Virus record (IMG/VR): IMGVR_UViG_3300013426_000016
Location: 96,001 to 160,000 of that record
Length of the DNA: 64,000 bases
DNA from: a virus
Lineage: Duplodnaviria; Caudoviricetes
Reading direction: 5' to 3' (one strand)
Made by a program: the position numbers and the translations under genes. Of this stretch, positions 25,469-35,481 are shown piece by piece; the stretch's first letter is position 1; every line of letters starts with the position of its first letter. Below the pieces are notes generated by a model that ran no database searches, was not told where the DNA came from, and saw nothing but the letters and a program-made list of their open reading frames with translations.

Positions 25469-26488
25469 CTAAGATACACCAGATACAGTTACCTTAACAG
25501 AAGCGGAATCTCCGTTGTAAGAAGCAGTAATAGTGGTGTCACCATTAGCAACTCCAGTAACGAGGCCAGTATGAGCACCTACAGTTGCCTTTCCAGCAGC
25601 AGAAGAAGTCCAAGTAGCCTTAGTAGTTACATCCTCACCATCGAAGATAGCCTTAAGCTGAGAAGTCGTCTTTCCAGTAATTGCAGTAGAGCCAGAGATG
25701 GATACCTTACGCTCAGAAATCTTACCAGAGAGCTTGCCTTCAAAAGCAGATACAGCAGACGGAGCTACATAGAATACAATAGTAACCTCAGACTCGATTG
25801 CCTGACCAACAGCACTTAAGCCACCAAGACCAGGACGCTCAACCTTATAATTAAAAGAGTACTGAGTATACAGCTGTCCGTCTACAGGAGACTCATCAGC
25901 ATAAGGAGCAGCATACCTACGATTGTAGTAAGTAGGGAAACGAAGGTTCTCAACAAGCCACTTTCCAGTAGCAAATTCCTCTACATTCTTAGTAACAACA
26001 TATGCAGAGTCAGCAACAGCAGAGCCATCAGAAATCTTAACAATCTCTGGCTGCTCTGGAACCATCCAAGACTCAGCGAGAGTAATAGTAACCTTAGCAC
26101 CACTTACAGATACAGAGAAAGGAACACTATCCATAGCAACAAGCTTAAGAGCCTCTGCAAGATTCTTAGCCGCATCAGCAGCAGTAGCAGAACCAGCAAA
26201 CTCTACCATAATAGGCTTACCAAATTCTGCCCAATTAGCCATAGCAAAGTCAGAAAGAGACTTAGATGGCGTAGAAATAAACATAGTAAAGCGATAAGGC
26301 TCAGCAACGAGTGCTGGTACGGTAATCTCAATCTTACCTACAGAACCTGCTACGCCAGCAGTCTTGTATACGCTGCCTACAATCTTAGAAAGATCGTAGT
26401 TACCTGCACGCTTAATAGCAAGCTGCCCATCTACACTGAGGATAGCATCTGCTGAATTAATAATAGTTTCTTTTATATAATTAAACAT
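25469..26488 (-). CDS. Auxiliary capsid/structural protein with C-terminal Ig-like (Big_2) domain
   Basis: ATWTSS...ATVG...GLVTGVANGDTTITASY Big_2 signature. Codon style similar to the capsid gene. Confidence 0.75.
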   Translation of the reverse strand: MFNYIKETIINSADAILSVDGQLAIKRAGNYDLSKIVGSVYKTAGVAGSVGKIEITVPALVAEPYRFTMFISTPSKSLSDFAMANWAEFGKPIMVEFAGSATAADAAKNLAEALKLVAMDSVPFSVSVSGAKVTITLAESWMVPEQPEIVKISDGSAVADSAYVVTKNVEEFATGKWLVENLRFPTYYNRRYAAPYADESPVDGQLYTQYSFNYKVERPGLGGLSAVGQAIESEVTIVFYVAPSAVSAFEGKLSGKISERKVSISGSTAITGKTTSQLKAIFDGEDVTTKATWTSSAAGKATVGAHTGLVTGVANGDTTITASYNGDSASVKVTVSGVS

Positions 26489-26513
26489 GATAATTTTCTA
26501 TTTTTAAAGTTAT

Positions 26514-27563
26514 TTAGGATTTGCTTTGCTCTGCCCCAGGAGTAGCAATAGTCTTGTTAATAGGGATATTTGTCTGAAGCCTTGGATCACTTGCATTTTC
26601 CATAAGCAATCTTACAAATATATTTGCAATCTCAAAGCAAACATAATCTGGAAATTCAAGAATTTGTGAGTAATCAAGAGTAGCATCGATCTGCTCTTGT
26701 GTAAGACGGATATACATAGGCGATTTTAAATAGTCAATGTATAAGTTCTTAGGAACAAATACTCCGTCATCATTACCAAAACGAAGTTCAAGTCTAACGC
26801 TAGAAGGGTTAGATAAACGATCTCCCTGTGCGTTATAAGAGTCTACCAAACTTGAATTAGAAGTAGATATTACTTTCTTTGTAGCCTTATCCCACTCCAA
26901 CTTAGCTGCATCTAATTCTTCAGCAGCAGAACTTACAGCATCCTCTTTTTCAGTAGTGCCATCGTTAGCTTTAACTGCCGCGGCATATGCCTCTAATGCA
27001 GTCTGATAAGCAGCAGTAATTTTAGAATCCACATTAGCAATACCATTAGCACTAAGGATTTTAGAATCCATAGTAGCATTACTTGGTAAAGTAGTAGTAC
27101 TATTAATATTATTTAAATAATAGTAAGGCCTTTTATACATAGGACGCATATACGCGTTATTAAGTACTTGCGTATACATGTCTGGAGTAAGTCTTCTACA
27201 AGGGAAATAAACAGAATCTCCGCGATTATAGCATTTAAACACTGGAGCTGAAACTTCATACTCTACAATGCAATTAAGCAAATGCATATAATCGTCTGGA
27301 AGATTTACACTGTAAGAAGACTTAAAGAGGTTGTTGCCAGTGATAGAATCAGTCATTTTAGTAGGCTGAAGGATAGTAGAGGTTTTTAATACTCTAATAT
27401 CATCTGTACTTTGCTGGTCAATTTCAAGTTTCTGATAGACTAGATTTATATATTGCTGAACAGCCTTATTAATAAAATAGTTATAATCCTCCAAAATAAG
27501 AGAAGGAGCTTCTAACTTATTTAATTCAATAAGCGCATATTCATACAGCTCTCTAGAAGTCAT
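26514..27563 (-). CDS. Putative head-tail connector/ring protein
   Basis: YNYFINKAVQQYIN, LPDDYMHLL, YIDYLKSP and LEFPDYVC motifs. Two genes downstream of the capsid gene. Confidence 0.6.
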   Translation of the reverse strand: MTSRELYEYALIELNKLEAPSLILEDYNYFINKAVQQYINLVYQKLEIDQQSTDDIRVLKTSTILQPTKMTDSITGNNLFKSSYSVNLPDDYMHLLNCIVEYEVSAPVFKCYNRGDSVYFPCRRLTPDMYTQVLNNAYMRPMYKRPYYYLNNINSTTTLPSNATMDSKILSANGIANVDSKITAAYQTALEAYAAAVKANDGTTEKEDAVSSAAEELDAAKLEWDKATKKVISTSNSSLVDSYNAQGDRLSNPSSVRLELRFGNDDGVFVPKNLYIDYLKSPMYIRLTQEQIDATLDYSQILEFPDYVCFEIANIFVRLLMENASDPRLQTNIPINKTIATPGAEQSKS

Positions 27564-27576
27564 ATTAAATATTTAT

Positions 27577-28431
27577 TTATTTTTTACTAGCCTTTTTTAC
27601 TTCAGCCTCTGTTTCTTTAATAGCCTCATCGAGCTTAGAAACAGGAGCATATTCTGGGTAAGTAACTAGTTTAATTTGTTCAAGGATTTTCTTATTATCC
27701 GGCTGCTTAAAGAAGAGGATTACCGCCTCATCATTAACTCCAAGAGGGACTTCTCCAAAGAAGTACATTCCCTTATTCTGAACTATCTTACCTCTATCTC
27801 TGGCATCTATGAACAGAAGCTTAAGCTTCATATCTCCCCCAGTATAAAGATCGATAATTTCATCCGGATTCTTTTCTGCTCTTTGGTACAGATATTCCTC
27901 AACATCTGTTGCTGGAGCATTTCCCATATATTTGCCAAGCAACTTGCACTTCGTAAGTCTGCTAGCAGGAGAGTCTGCTCCAATATAAGTCCAAGCTTTA
28001 TTAATCTTCTGCATACGTGAAACATTACGCTCAGAAGTTTCACCTGGAACTTCTACATATAACTCTGCGATACCATAACGCTGCTGATTACCGTCTATAT
28101 AAAGATTTCCTTGGTTGTCCTTAGCATCTCGCGTAGGAACAATCAAATCGTTATCCTTAATAGACATCCATATATTATATTCAAGAGGATTATCAAGGTC
28201 AAAAGTAGTACCACTAGTAACTACAATATCCATATCCTCTGGGATAAAATAATCACGGTTAGGATCATTCATTTCATCTGGACTAAGTATCATCTCCGAA
28301 TTTCCCTGAGAATCGTATCTTACAGGCTTTACCCAAGAGTAACGAACACCATTTTTCTGACGGCACGGCTGGAAATGATACTCCTTTACCGGACCCAATA
28401 CGCTTCTAAGAGTAATAACTCTATTCTCCAT
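27577..28431 (-). CDS. Conserved protein downstream of major capsid gene
   Basis: 284-aa ORF with FDLDNP motif; gene order as in crAss-like phages. Confidence 0.6.
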   Translation of the reverse strand: MENRVITLRSVLGPVKEYHFQPCRQKNGVRYSWVKPVRYDSQGNSEMILSPDEMNDPNRDYFIPEDMDIVVTSGTTFDLDNPLEYNIWMSIKDNDLIVPTRDAKDNQGNLYIDGNQQRYGIAELYVEVPGETSERNVSRMQKINKAWTYIGADSPASRLTKCKLLGKYMGNAPATDVEEYLYQRAEKNPDEIIDLYTGGDMKLKLLFIDARDRGKIVQNKGMYFFGEVPLGVNDEAVILFFKQPDNKKILEQIKLVTYPEYAPVSKLDEAIKETEAEVKKASKK

Positions 28432-28468
28432 AATTTTCTCTCTTTTTTAACTAAAATCTATATAATTT

Positions 28469-28499
28469 AAAAACTACTCCCCAAATAAAGGGGAGTAGT
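28469..28499 (-). terminator. Intrinsic terminator after major capsid gene
   Basis: Perfect 10-bp stem ACTACTCCCC/GGGGAGTAGT with a minus-strand T-tract. Confidence 0.75.
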
Positions 28500-28517
28500 A
28501 TATGTTATTTTTTCTTT

Positions 28518-31500
28518 CTACTTAAAGAAAGAATCACGTGTCTCTGAACCCATCATGATCACTGATCTATATGGGTTAAACACAGCCACGCTTGCATAGC
28601 CCCAGTCAATGTATTTAACGCCAGCTACAGGAGAGGAAACAACTCCTCCTTGGAGTCCTGTAGCTCCACCTCATTTTACATTTTAATTATTTCTAATTAA
28701 ATCAGACTATATCTTTATCCTATATTCTATTACCGTCTATAGGACATTTCCCGTTTCCATCATTTAGATGTACTCTACTCCATTACTTCTTTTAAGATTT
28801 GCTTAAAAGTACTGTTTCGATAGTCGTTGAACTTTCGGTAGAGCTTCGTAATACGCTTGCATATCCTACCGCTTAGCTGCTGATTATCCAATCTTTAACA
28901 TTTTCACCTTTTAGGTAGTTAAAGCTATAAGGAACTCCCAGCAATTAGAGAAATTATTTTTTCTTAGTATTACTACTAAGTGGCGCAAGTGGTTTAGTTT
29001 ACGCCATTTACAATGTTCTGGATCAAATCTCCACCCTTAAAGGTGAAGTAACCGAGTGCAGGACGGCCCGTAGCTGCATCAGCAGTAAGGTCGATGATTG
29101 CACCAAACGCACGGTTAGGGAACTCTACATCAAAGCTCCTATCAAGCTTAACAAGAAGTGTGTTCTTTATTATTAACTATAATTATTTCTAATTATACTA
29201 GACTATATCTTTAACTTTCTTCTTTTACCGTTGAAAGTCATTTCCTGTTTCCATTATTAAAAAATGTACTCTACTGATTCTTTTTTAATATTTCTTTAAA
29301 AAAGAAATTTTCGATAGTCGTTGAACTTTCCCCACGTATAAAAGATACAGAGGGGCTTAGCTGCTGATTGACCAATCTTTATAATTTTTAAGCATTCACA
29401 CCTAATGTTTCCATTTATGTTATAGCTTATAAAGCTTAAGGTTTTTCCAGCAATTAAGGAAATTTATTATAAATAGATTTCTCTATTTAGGTGGCAACAC
29501 ATTTTACCACCATACTCGTAAGCAGAATACGTAGCTCCGAGCTTAATGTAGCCATTCTTTTCTTTAGAGTACAGGAAGGCGTTGTCAGACTTGTGCTCTA
29601 CAACCCACTTACCCATTACACTCTGCCACTGATTATAGAAGAAAGTGTTGCACATTAAAATGTACGTATTCCCTTGTGCCTTCTCAGACTTAGCGGACAT
29701 GGCCATAAGAGCCTTCTCAAAATAATCAATGGTAAGTTTGTTAAATACAAACTTGGTAGCGAAACGCTCTACCTGCGGTATTACCAATTTGTTAATATAG
29801 CATTGTTTATATGCTATTTCTTATACTTTTATTCGCATAAGATCAGACTATATCTTCACCTATATAGGTGACTCTTGTTCGTGAAGTTATATTATTCTTC
29901 TGGAGACATTAGTTTATATTCAAACTCGGGAAGTATATAAGGCCTTAATAAAGAAGACCATTTTCTACCTTCTCTAGTTCTACATTTTAAATAATATCTA
30001 ATTTCTCCTTTTTTATTTAGTTTTTTAATCGGATAAAAATTTATATCATATTTCTCTTTAAAGAAATCTATAATATTTTGGGTGTCTTCTGGATTAGTCA
30101 TAGTATAAAAATAGAAAGAATGAGAACGGATTTTTTTAGTTCCTTTATAATAGTCTTTTGCATGACTACCATCATCCATCCATCATAGAGCAATTGCTTC
30201 TGGAGTTAAATAGTTTAGCATTTTTCTACTAAACCTCTTTTCTCCACTTTTATATATCCATTTATATAATATTCTAAAATACCTATGCCCTTTACTTATT
30301 TTATAGGTATCTTTTTTTATTCTATGATATATACTTGGAAGTTTTCCACCTAATAAGGTAACAAGTAAGTTAGCCTTATATTCAAGGTAACTTTTTTGCT
30401 TACTTCCATGCTCTATTTCTAAAGCAACACCACTGTGAGCATTTAAATGCCCATCTCCTAAAATTAATCCAATTAAAAGTGCTTTTTTTCGTTTATCCAT
30501 ATAAAATGATAGTAATTACAATAATATAACTCTAGTCGTTACACCTTCCTTATATAAGGCTTGGCTCGGTATTCTCATCGCAGAGTTCACCGAATTAAAG
30601 AGTTTTTGCATAACTGATTTCTCAGTTAAGCGGCATAAAGTTTACCGTCCGTAGAAATGAGCGGCCTACCAATCTCGTCATAGCGTTAGACTATATCTTA
30701 TTCTATAAAGACTGTATATCTGATGTATTTCCATAAAAATATCTTCATCTTAAATTCTTACAAGTTTTACTTTTACCTTCTATAACATTATAAATAGGCC
30801 CCGGAGTTATATTCATATACTCAGCAGCTTCTTTAACATTTGTAAAAGATTTTATAAACTTGCCTTCTAAAGTATAAGATGCACAAGCTGTATTTTTCTT
30901 AGAGGCTCTTAAAGCAAATCTTTTCTTATAACTTCAAAAATAACCTCCAGCCTGTATTTGTTTATCCACACAAACTGCAAATATAGATTTATATGAAATG
31001 CCAGTTTGTCTGTCAGCCTCATGTAAAGACTTGTAATAAGTTATATAATTTCCTTGTAAATCAAACTGATAAACAACTTTTTCTCTGTTTTTACAAGGAG
31101 ATATGCTTTCAGTACTTCCCGTGAAAAACCTTCACTGAAAATCTTTGCATTTCCTTTCTTTTAAGCAAGCATCTCCAATACCACTTTTAGAAATACCTGT
31201 TTCTCTGGAAGCTTCGGAAATAGAGTTTCAAGTTTTTATAAAGTTACCTTCCAAATCATACTGATTAACTTGTTTTTCACTTACAGAAGAAGGAACTTTT
31301 CCTCCTAAACAACTATTATAAACATCTTTTCTCTTTATAAATTCTCTATTTACCAATTCGGCTTCTTTCTTATATGCTGCTATTTTACCCTTCTCTGTAC
31401 CAGGAAATTCATATAAAGTTTCCCTTACAAAATTATTTATTCCATATTTAATAACAGCTTTCTGAAAAACAGTAGAGTGTTTTTGCTTTAAATCTCCTTT

Positions 31501-32845
31501 ACAGGAAATTCCACAGCCTATATAACCATCGAAATCATCAGAAAGAGTACCGTGTACTCCTATATATATTTTACCATTTATGGTATTTGTTGTCTTGTAT
31601 ACTATATATTTTAGCATTAGATCTGAACTTTTAGTCGTTGAACATTTTCCTCTATGAGGAACCTTTGCTGCTGATTATCTAAATATTATTTTTTTCAGAC
31701 TTTCACACTTACTAAAAAGTTATGTTGTAGTAAATAATATATAAAGAACTCCCAGCAATTTGAACAGTTTTTAACTATACATTACTGCATAGAAAGACCT
31801 ATGATTGATCTTGGGCTTCCCGTCAGCCGAAACGTTGCCCTTACCCCAGGTAAGAGAATTGTTACGAGCTTCCATGAAGTTGTCAAGACAATCCTTTTCA
31901 GCAGGATTCATCTTGTAAACATGATCAGTAGATTCGTTACCTTTACCTATCTTAATGAAAACATCTTCCATACCAGCGTACTTAGCAGACATATCCACAT
32001 CAACACGGTGAGTAGAAATATAAGTACGAGCCTTCTCTACGTTAGACTGAGCCTTTACGTAACCAGTCTCGTGAAGCTCCGGCTTAATGTTGGTAATCCA
32101 ACGAGTAGTAGCACCTACGAGGCTACCACCAAGCTTGTCAATAGTAGAAGAGTAATCGTTGTCGTTAATCTTAGCAACTACAAGCCAGCAGTTATCACGC
32201 AGACGCTGCGGAGTATTAACTACAATAAAGTGCTGACGAGTCTTCTCGATTACGAAAGTATCCTCTTTCTGGTAGTAATTTTCACTAAAATAGAACTTAA
32301 TATCACCAGCATTTGCACCATCTCCTTCTGGCTCAGCAATGAGCGGAAGACGCTTTACCTTGTTAACTACAATATCCCACTCAATAAGGAAAGAGTTAAC
32401 TGACTGGAAACCCTTCTTAGCCTTCTCCTGTGTGAAGGTGTTCATAAGAGCTTCAGTAAGGTGCGTAGCTGTGTATTGATCGTATAACGTAGATACGATT
32501 CCTAAACGTGCGGGATTCTCCGCTTGTTATCCTATAGGCTCTTTATCCTATAGTTCATATATTTTACCATCATATATGTTCAGACTATATCATCACTTAC
32601 GTGCCTGGCGCTCGTGTCTAGAAATTCTTATAAAGAACTCTAATTAGTCTTTGAACCTTTAAAACGATCACTCGTTAAACTTGGCTGCTGATTACCCTAT
32701 TATATGAGAATTTCATTTGGAGGGTTCCCAGCAGTTCACCAGGTTTTATTTGGGCGAGACTTTCACCCAAAAATTTAGAAAAGTCCTCATAAGTGCGCGT
32801 AGCTGGCATATTCGGACGTACGGTTGTAAAACCTGAAATTCTCAT
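28518..32845 (-). CDS. Major capsid protein, spliced (476 aa). Exons 32845-32765, 32520-31808, 30683-30644, 29784-29506, 29164-29001, 28671-28518
   Basis: Exons sum to 1431 nt in one frame: MRISGFTT...SKFLG|ENPARLG...GKPKI|YDEIGRPLISTDG|VIPQVERFA...YEYGG|NTLLVKLD...IVNGV|GGATG...FFK*. Every junction has a P1 U-G pair, a terminal G and a P10 pairing. Size and position fit a crAss-like MCP. Confidence 0.9.
28672..29000 (-). mobile_element. Group I intron 5 of capsid gene (329 nt, no ORF)
   Basis: P1 UGGCGU/GCGCCA; P10 CCACUU/AGGUGG. Core AAUUGCUGGGA, AAUCAGCAGC, GUUCAACGACUA, AAGAUAUAGUCU. Confidence 0.9.
29165..29505 (-). mobile_element. Group I intron 4 of capsid gene (341 nt, no ORF)
   Basis: P1 GGUGGU/GCCACC; P10 UGUGUU/AACACA. 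Full P/Q/R/S elements. Confidence 0.9.
29785..30643 (-). mobile_element. Group I intron 3 of capsid gene (859 nt, LAGLIDADG ORF)
   Basis: P1 CGGU/GCCG. Core AAUUCGGUGAA, AAUACCGAGC, GUGUAACGACUA, AAGAUAUAGUCU; terminal G at 29785. Confidence 0.9.
29892..30500 (-). CDS. Intron-encoded double-motif LAGLIDADG homing endonuclease (202 aa with TGA=Trp)
   Basis: LIGLILGDG and EAIAL-W(TGA)-WMDDG motifs; joins two track ORFs. Confidence 0.85.
30684..31807 (-). mobile_element. Group I intron 2 of capsid gene (1124 nt, GIY-YIG ORF, no visible P9)
   Basis: P1 AAGAU/GUCUU; P10 UCAUAG/CUAUGA. The ORF lies between the R and S elements. Ends AAGAUAUAGUCUAACG. Confidence 0.85.
30703..31617 (-). CDS. Intron-encoded GIY-YIG homing endonuclease with NUMOD1-type repeats (304 aa with TGA=Trp)
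   Basis: YIVYKTTN..NGKIYIGVH. Repeats of YDLEG.FIK..S..EA. TGAs at 31228, 31132, 30934 and 30745 give KT-W-NS, FQ-W-RF, GGYF-W-SY and LR-W-RY. Ends TAG. Confidence 0.85.
32521..32764 (-). mobile_element. Group I intron 1 of capsid gene (244 nt, no ORF)
   Basis: P1 UUGGGU/GCCCAA; P10 UCUC/GAGA; P3 CCUGG/CCAGG. Core AACUGCUGGGAA, AAUCAGCAGC, GUUCAAAGACUA, GAUAUAGUCU. Confidence 0.9.
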
Positions 32846-32869
32846 AATTAAATAAATTTTAAATTAATA

Positions 32870-33940
32870 TTATATTAAGCCTGATTTATCCCATAAATCA
32901 AAGTCGGCAGTAGGCTTAGTTTTATCTGCCGGAGGAACAATAACAGTATCTTTACCAACTTTATCAAGTTTAGCTTGCAATTTCTTATTCGTAGCTCGCT
33001 CGTCGGCAAGCTGCTTCTTCCAGTACTTACTCAAATCAGAAAGCACATCTGCGCCTTTCGTACGCAACCATGCTAACTCTATAAGAGTATCTGGATTCTC
33101 CAAGTCTTTTACAAGCTGTGATTTACCATCTTTGTCTTGGTCAAGTATATATGACAACATTTGTCGTTTATCTTCGTCCTCAATTATTAGAGCGTCACTC
33201 TCAGCGTCTGTATAGTCTAACTGTACAGCATTAAAATTACGAGAAGCCTCTAACAAATTGTTTCTAAGATCTTCAGCCTGTTTTTGTTCTGTTTGCTGCT
33301 GATAAGCCACTGCTGCATCTTCTTGTTCTTTAAAGTACTTTCTAAGAGATTCACTTTCTTTCTTAAAAAGCTCTTCATTAGATTTTGCTGATTCCAACTT
33401 AGACATAAGTTCTTCATCAGTAAAATCTGGATATCTGTTTTTTAAATCTATTAAGTACAGATCATCATCACTGTAGTCATCAATTTCATAAGTACGTTGG
33501 TGTACTTGTTCTGGGTGAGCATTTAAATACTGCTGCAAATAATTATTTGCATAAGCATCTAAAGCTTGCTCCAAACTAAGATTACCATGTTGTCTTAAGA
33601 AATTAATAGCTCTCGTCTCATTTTCTGAGAGCCCAGAATCTGTTACTTGCGTAAGAATATCAATCTTATCCTCTGTACTTAAAGAATTAAAATCAATTTC
33701 TTCTTCGCTTCCATCTTCATTACTAATTACTATCTTACTTGGATCTTTTACTCCTCGCTGTTGCAAGAACACGTAAAGTGGATCTTCGGAAGTAGTCGGT
33801 TCTGTGGAAGTAGTTTCGTCTGCTTCAACTACAGTATCCGGTTGTGTTTCTTCTTCTTGTACAGTTTCCTCTACAGGTTCTTGTACTTCCTCATCAACTG
33901 ATACCGGGTCTAACAGATCATCAAAAAAATCATTTCCCAT
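32870..33940 (-). CDS. Acidic protein upstream of capsid gene, putative scaffolding protein
   Basis: Strongly Asp/Glu-rich and helical; lies immediately upstream of the MCP. Confidence 0.6.
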   Translation of the reverse strand: MGNDFFDDLLDPVSVDEEVQEPVEETVQEEETQPDTVVEADETTSTEPTTSEDPLYVFLQQRGVKDPSKIVISNEDGSEEEIDFNSLSTEDKIDILTQVTDSGLSENETRAINFLRQHGNLSLEQALDAYANNYLQQYLNAHPEQVHQRTYEIDDYSDDDLYLIDLKNRYPDFTDEELMSKLESAKSNEELFKKESESLRKYFKEQEDAAVAYQQQTEQKQAEDLRNNLLEASRNFNAVQLDYTDAESDALIIEDEDKRQMLSYILDQDKDGKSQLVKDLENPDTLIELAWLRTKGADVLSDLSKYWKKQLADERATNKKLQAKLDKVGKDTVIVPPADKTKPTADFDLWDKSGLI

Positions 33941-34003
33941 AAAACTTTTTTCTTATTTGTTCTCTAAATCTATTTATATAGCTAACATTTAGCTATTTTG
34001 CTG

Positions 34004-34035
34004 CAAATATATATAAAATAAATTATAAATCCAAA
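34004..34035 (-). promoter_or_regulatory. Bacteroidota-type promoter for scaffold/capsid operon
   Basis: TTTG-N20-TATATTTG on the minus strand. Confidence 0.7.
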
Positions 34036-34045
34036 TTTATAAAAT

Positions 34046-34075
34046 AAAAAAGGCGAAGAACTAAATCTCCGCCTT
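34046..34075 (-). terminator. Intrinsic terminator
   Basis: Minus strand AAGGCGGAGA...TCTTCGCCTT followed by TTTT. Confidence 0.65.
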
Positions 34076-34080
34076 ATATA

Positions 34081-34554
34081 TTACTCTTCTGGAGCAGTCC
34101 AAAGAACTCCCTCCAGTACACTTTCAATAGCTCCAGAGAAAACGTCTGTTTCTTTATCATTAATCTTAACAGCTCTATTCTCCTTCTTAAGCTTAAACCA
34201 ATCCTCATAAGAGAGAGATTTAACACCAGAAATATCAACATCATCTGTATAAAGAGCCTCTCTAAGAGAGATATACTTCTTAAGCTTCTCTCCCATTTCA
34301 TCAAGCTCCTTCTTTTCCTCTTCTGTAGGATTTTCAATTTTTGCAAGTTCTGTTCTACGAGCATCAAAAGATGCACCATCTTCAATTCCTGCGTTCTTAA
34401 GCAGATCACGTTCATCTTCCTGTAATTTTTCAAATGCCTTCTGTACAAGCTTCTTAAACTTATACAGCTTATAGGCAGACTCTGGGCCAAGCTCATAAGC
34501 AGTAGTCTGCATAAGACCAGAGTTCATAAGTGCTAAAATTTCGTAATTCTTCAT
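34081..34554 (-). CDS. Hypothetical helical protein (157 aa)
   Basis: ORF with ATG start followed by a terminator. Confidence 0.6.
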   Translation of the reverse strand: MKNYEILALMNSGLMQTTAYELGPESAYKLYKFKKLVQKAFEKLQEDERDLLKNAGIEDGASFDARRTELAKIENPTEEEKKELDEMGEKLKKYISLREALYTDDVDISGVKSLSYEDWFKLKKENRAVKINDKETDVFSGAIESVLEGVLWTAPEE

Positions 34555-34758
34555 TTAACTTATTTTCCTTAATCCATTCTCTATAAAGTTTCTAATACCA
34601 TATATACTTAAGAGTATATTTGTAATAGCTCAAAAGATATAATCGGCTTCATAAACTTGTAGAAATAAAAAACTAGTAAAGGAAATTACTCCTAACCATA
34701 TACAGGCTAGGAGTAATATTCCTATACTTAAAATCTTCTTTTTACTCTCCGGTGACAT
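34555..34758 (-). CDS. Small two-transmembrane protein visible only with TGA=Trp (67 aa)
   Basis: MSPESKKKILSIGILLLACIWLGVISFTSFLFLQVYEADYIF-W-AITNILLSIYGIRNF... The TAA abuts the next ATG and the ORF fills the intergenic gap. Confidence 0.5.
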
Positions 34759-35005
34759 GCTCTTCGATAGCTCCGAAGATTCCTGCTACCGTAGTTGCAG
34801 CAGTGATTATGTCAGCCGTCTTAAATCCATTAATGCTAAGATTTCCATTCCCATCGAGGGCAGCAGAACCATTGCTAGTACCTGCCTGGATATTCCAAGC
34901 GGTAGCACTGGAAATCTTATTATCTGCATACTCTACGCTTCCATTGTAAGAAGCATCCGGATCATTAAAATTCTCCTTAATTGTTTTGTCAGTAAAAGTA
35001 ATCAT
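34742..35005 (-). CDS. Hypothetical protein (87 aa)
   Basis: ORF directly after a promoter. Confidence 0.6.
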   Translation of the reverse strand: MITFTDKTIKENFNDPDASYNGSVEYADNKISSATAWNIQAGTSNGSAALDGNGNLSINGFKTADIITAATTVAGIFGAIEEHVTGE

Positions 35006-35021
35006 AATTAATTTGTTTTTG

Positions 35022-35053
35022 CAAAAATAATAAAAATCTAAATACTTTTCAAA
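35022..35053 (-). promoter_or_regulatory. Bacteroidota-type promoter
   Basis: TTTG-N20-TATTTTTG on the minus strand. Confidence 0.6.
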
Positions 35054-35481
35054 TCTTTTTTATAATCTTTTCACATTTTATTTTCGAGACTAAAAGCCTC
35101 TATTTCTCAAGGTCTTGATTTATATGGTATACTGTTATCATATTTTTCACCTTTTCAGAAATATTCATTCTCAACTCTTTTTAAATCTCCTCTTTCAAAT
35201 TGCTTTATATGTACACATTCATGCATTAAAATAATTGGCGTTAATGCATTATGGGCACATATAAGCTGATAATTATGAGGAACAGGAAGAGCATATAAGA
35301 AAGCCTTTAAATCATATTCCTCATTAGAGAGTCTCTTTAATAAATTTGGATTCTCAAATATAAATACATTTATATCTTTTAAATCTTGTAAAGCCCATTT
35401 AGTCATATCTTCAAAATCATATTTAGATTTAATTTGGTTTTGGACTTTCAAAGAGTCTAAATAAGTTTTATTTGTTTTCAT
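35038..35481 (-). CDS. Zincin-like metallopeptidase (147 aa with TGA=Trp)
   Basis: HECVH (HExxH) followed by P-W(TGA)-EIEA third-ligand motif. Three TGAs; ends TAG. Confidence 0.75.
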
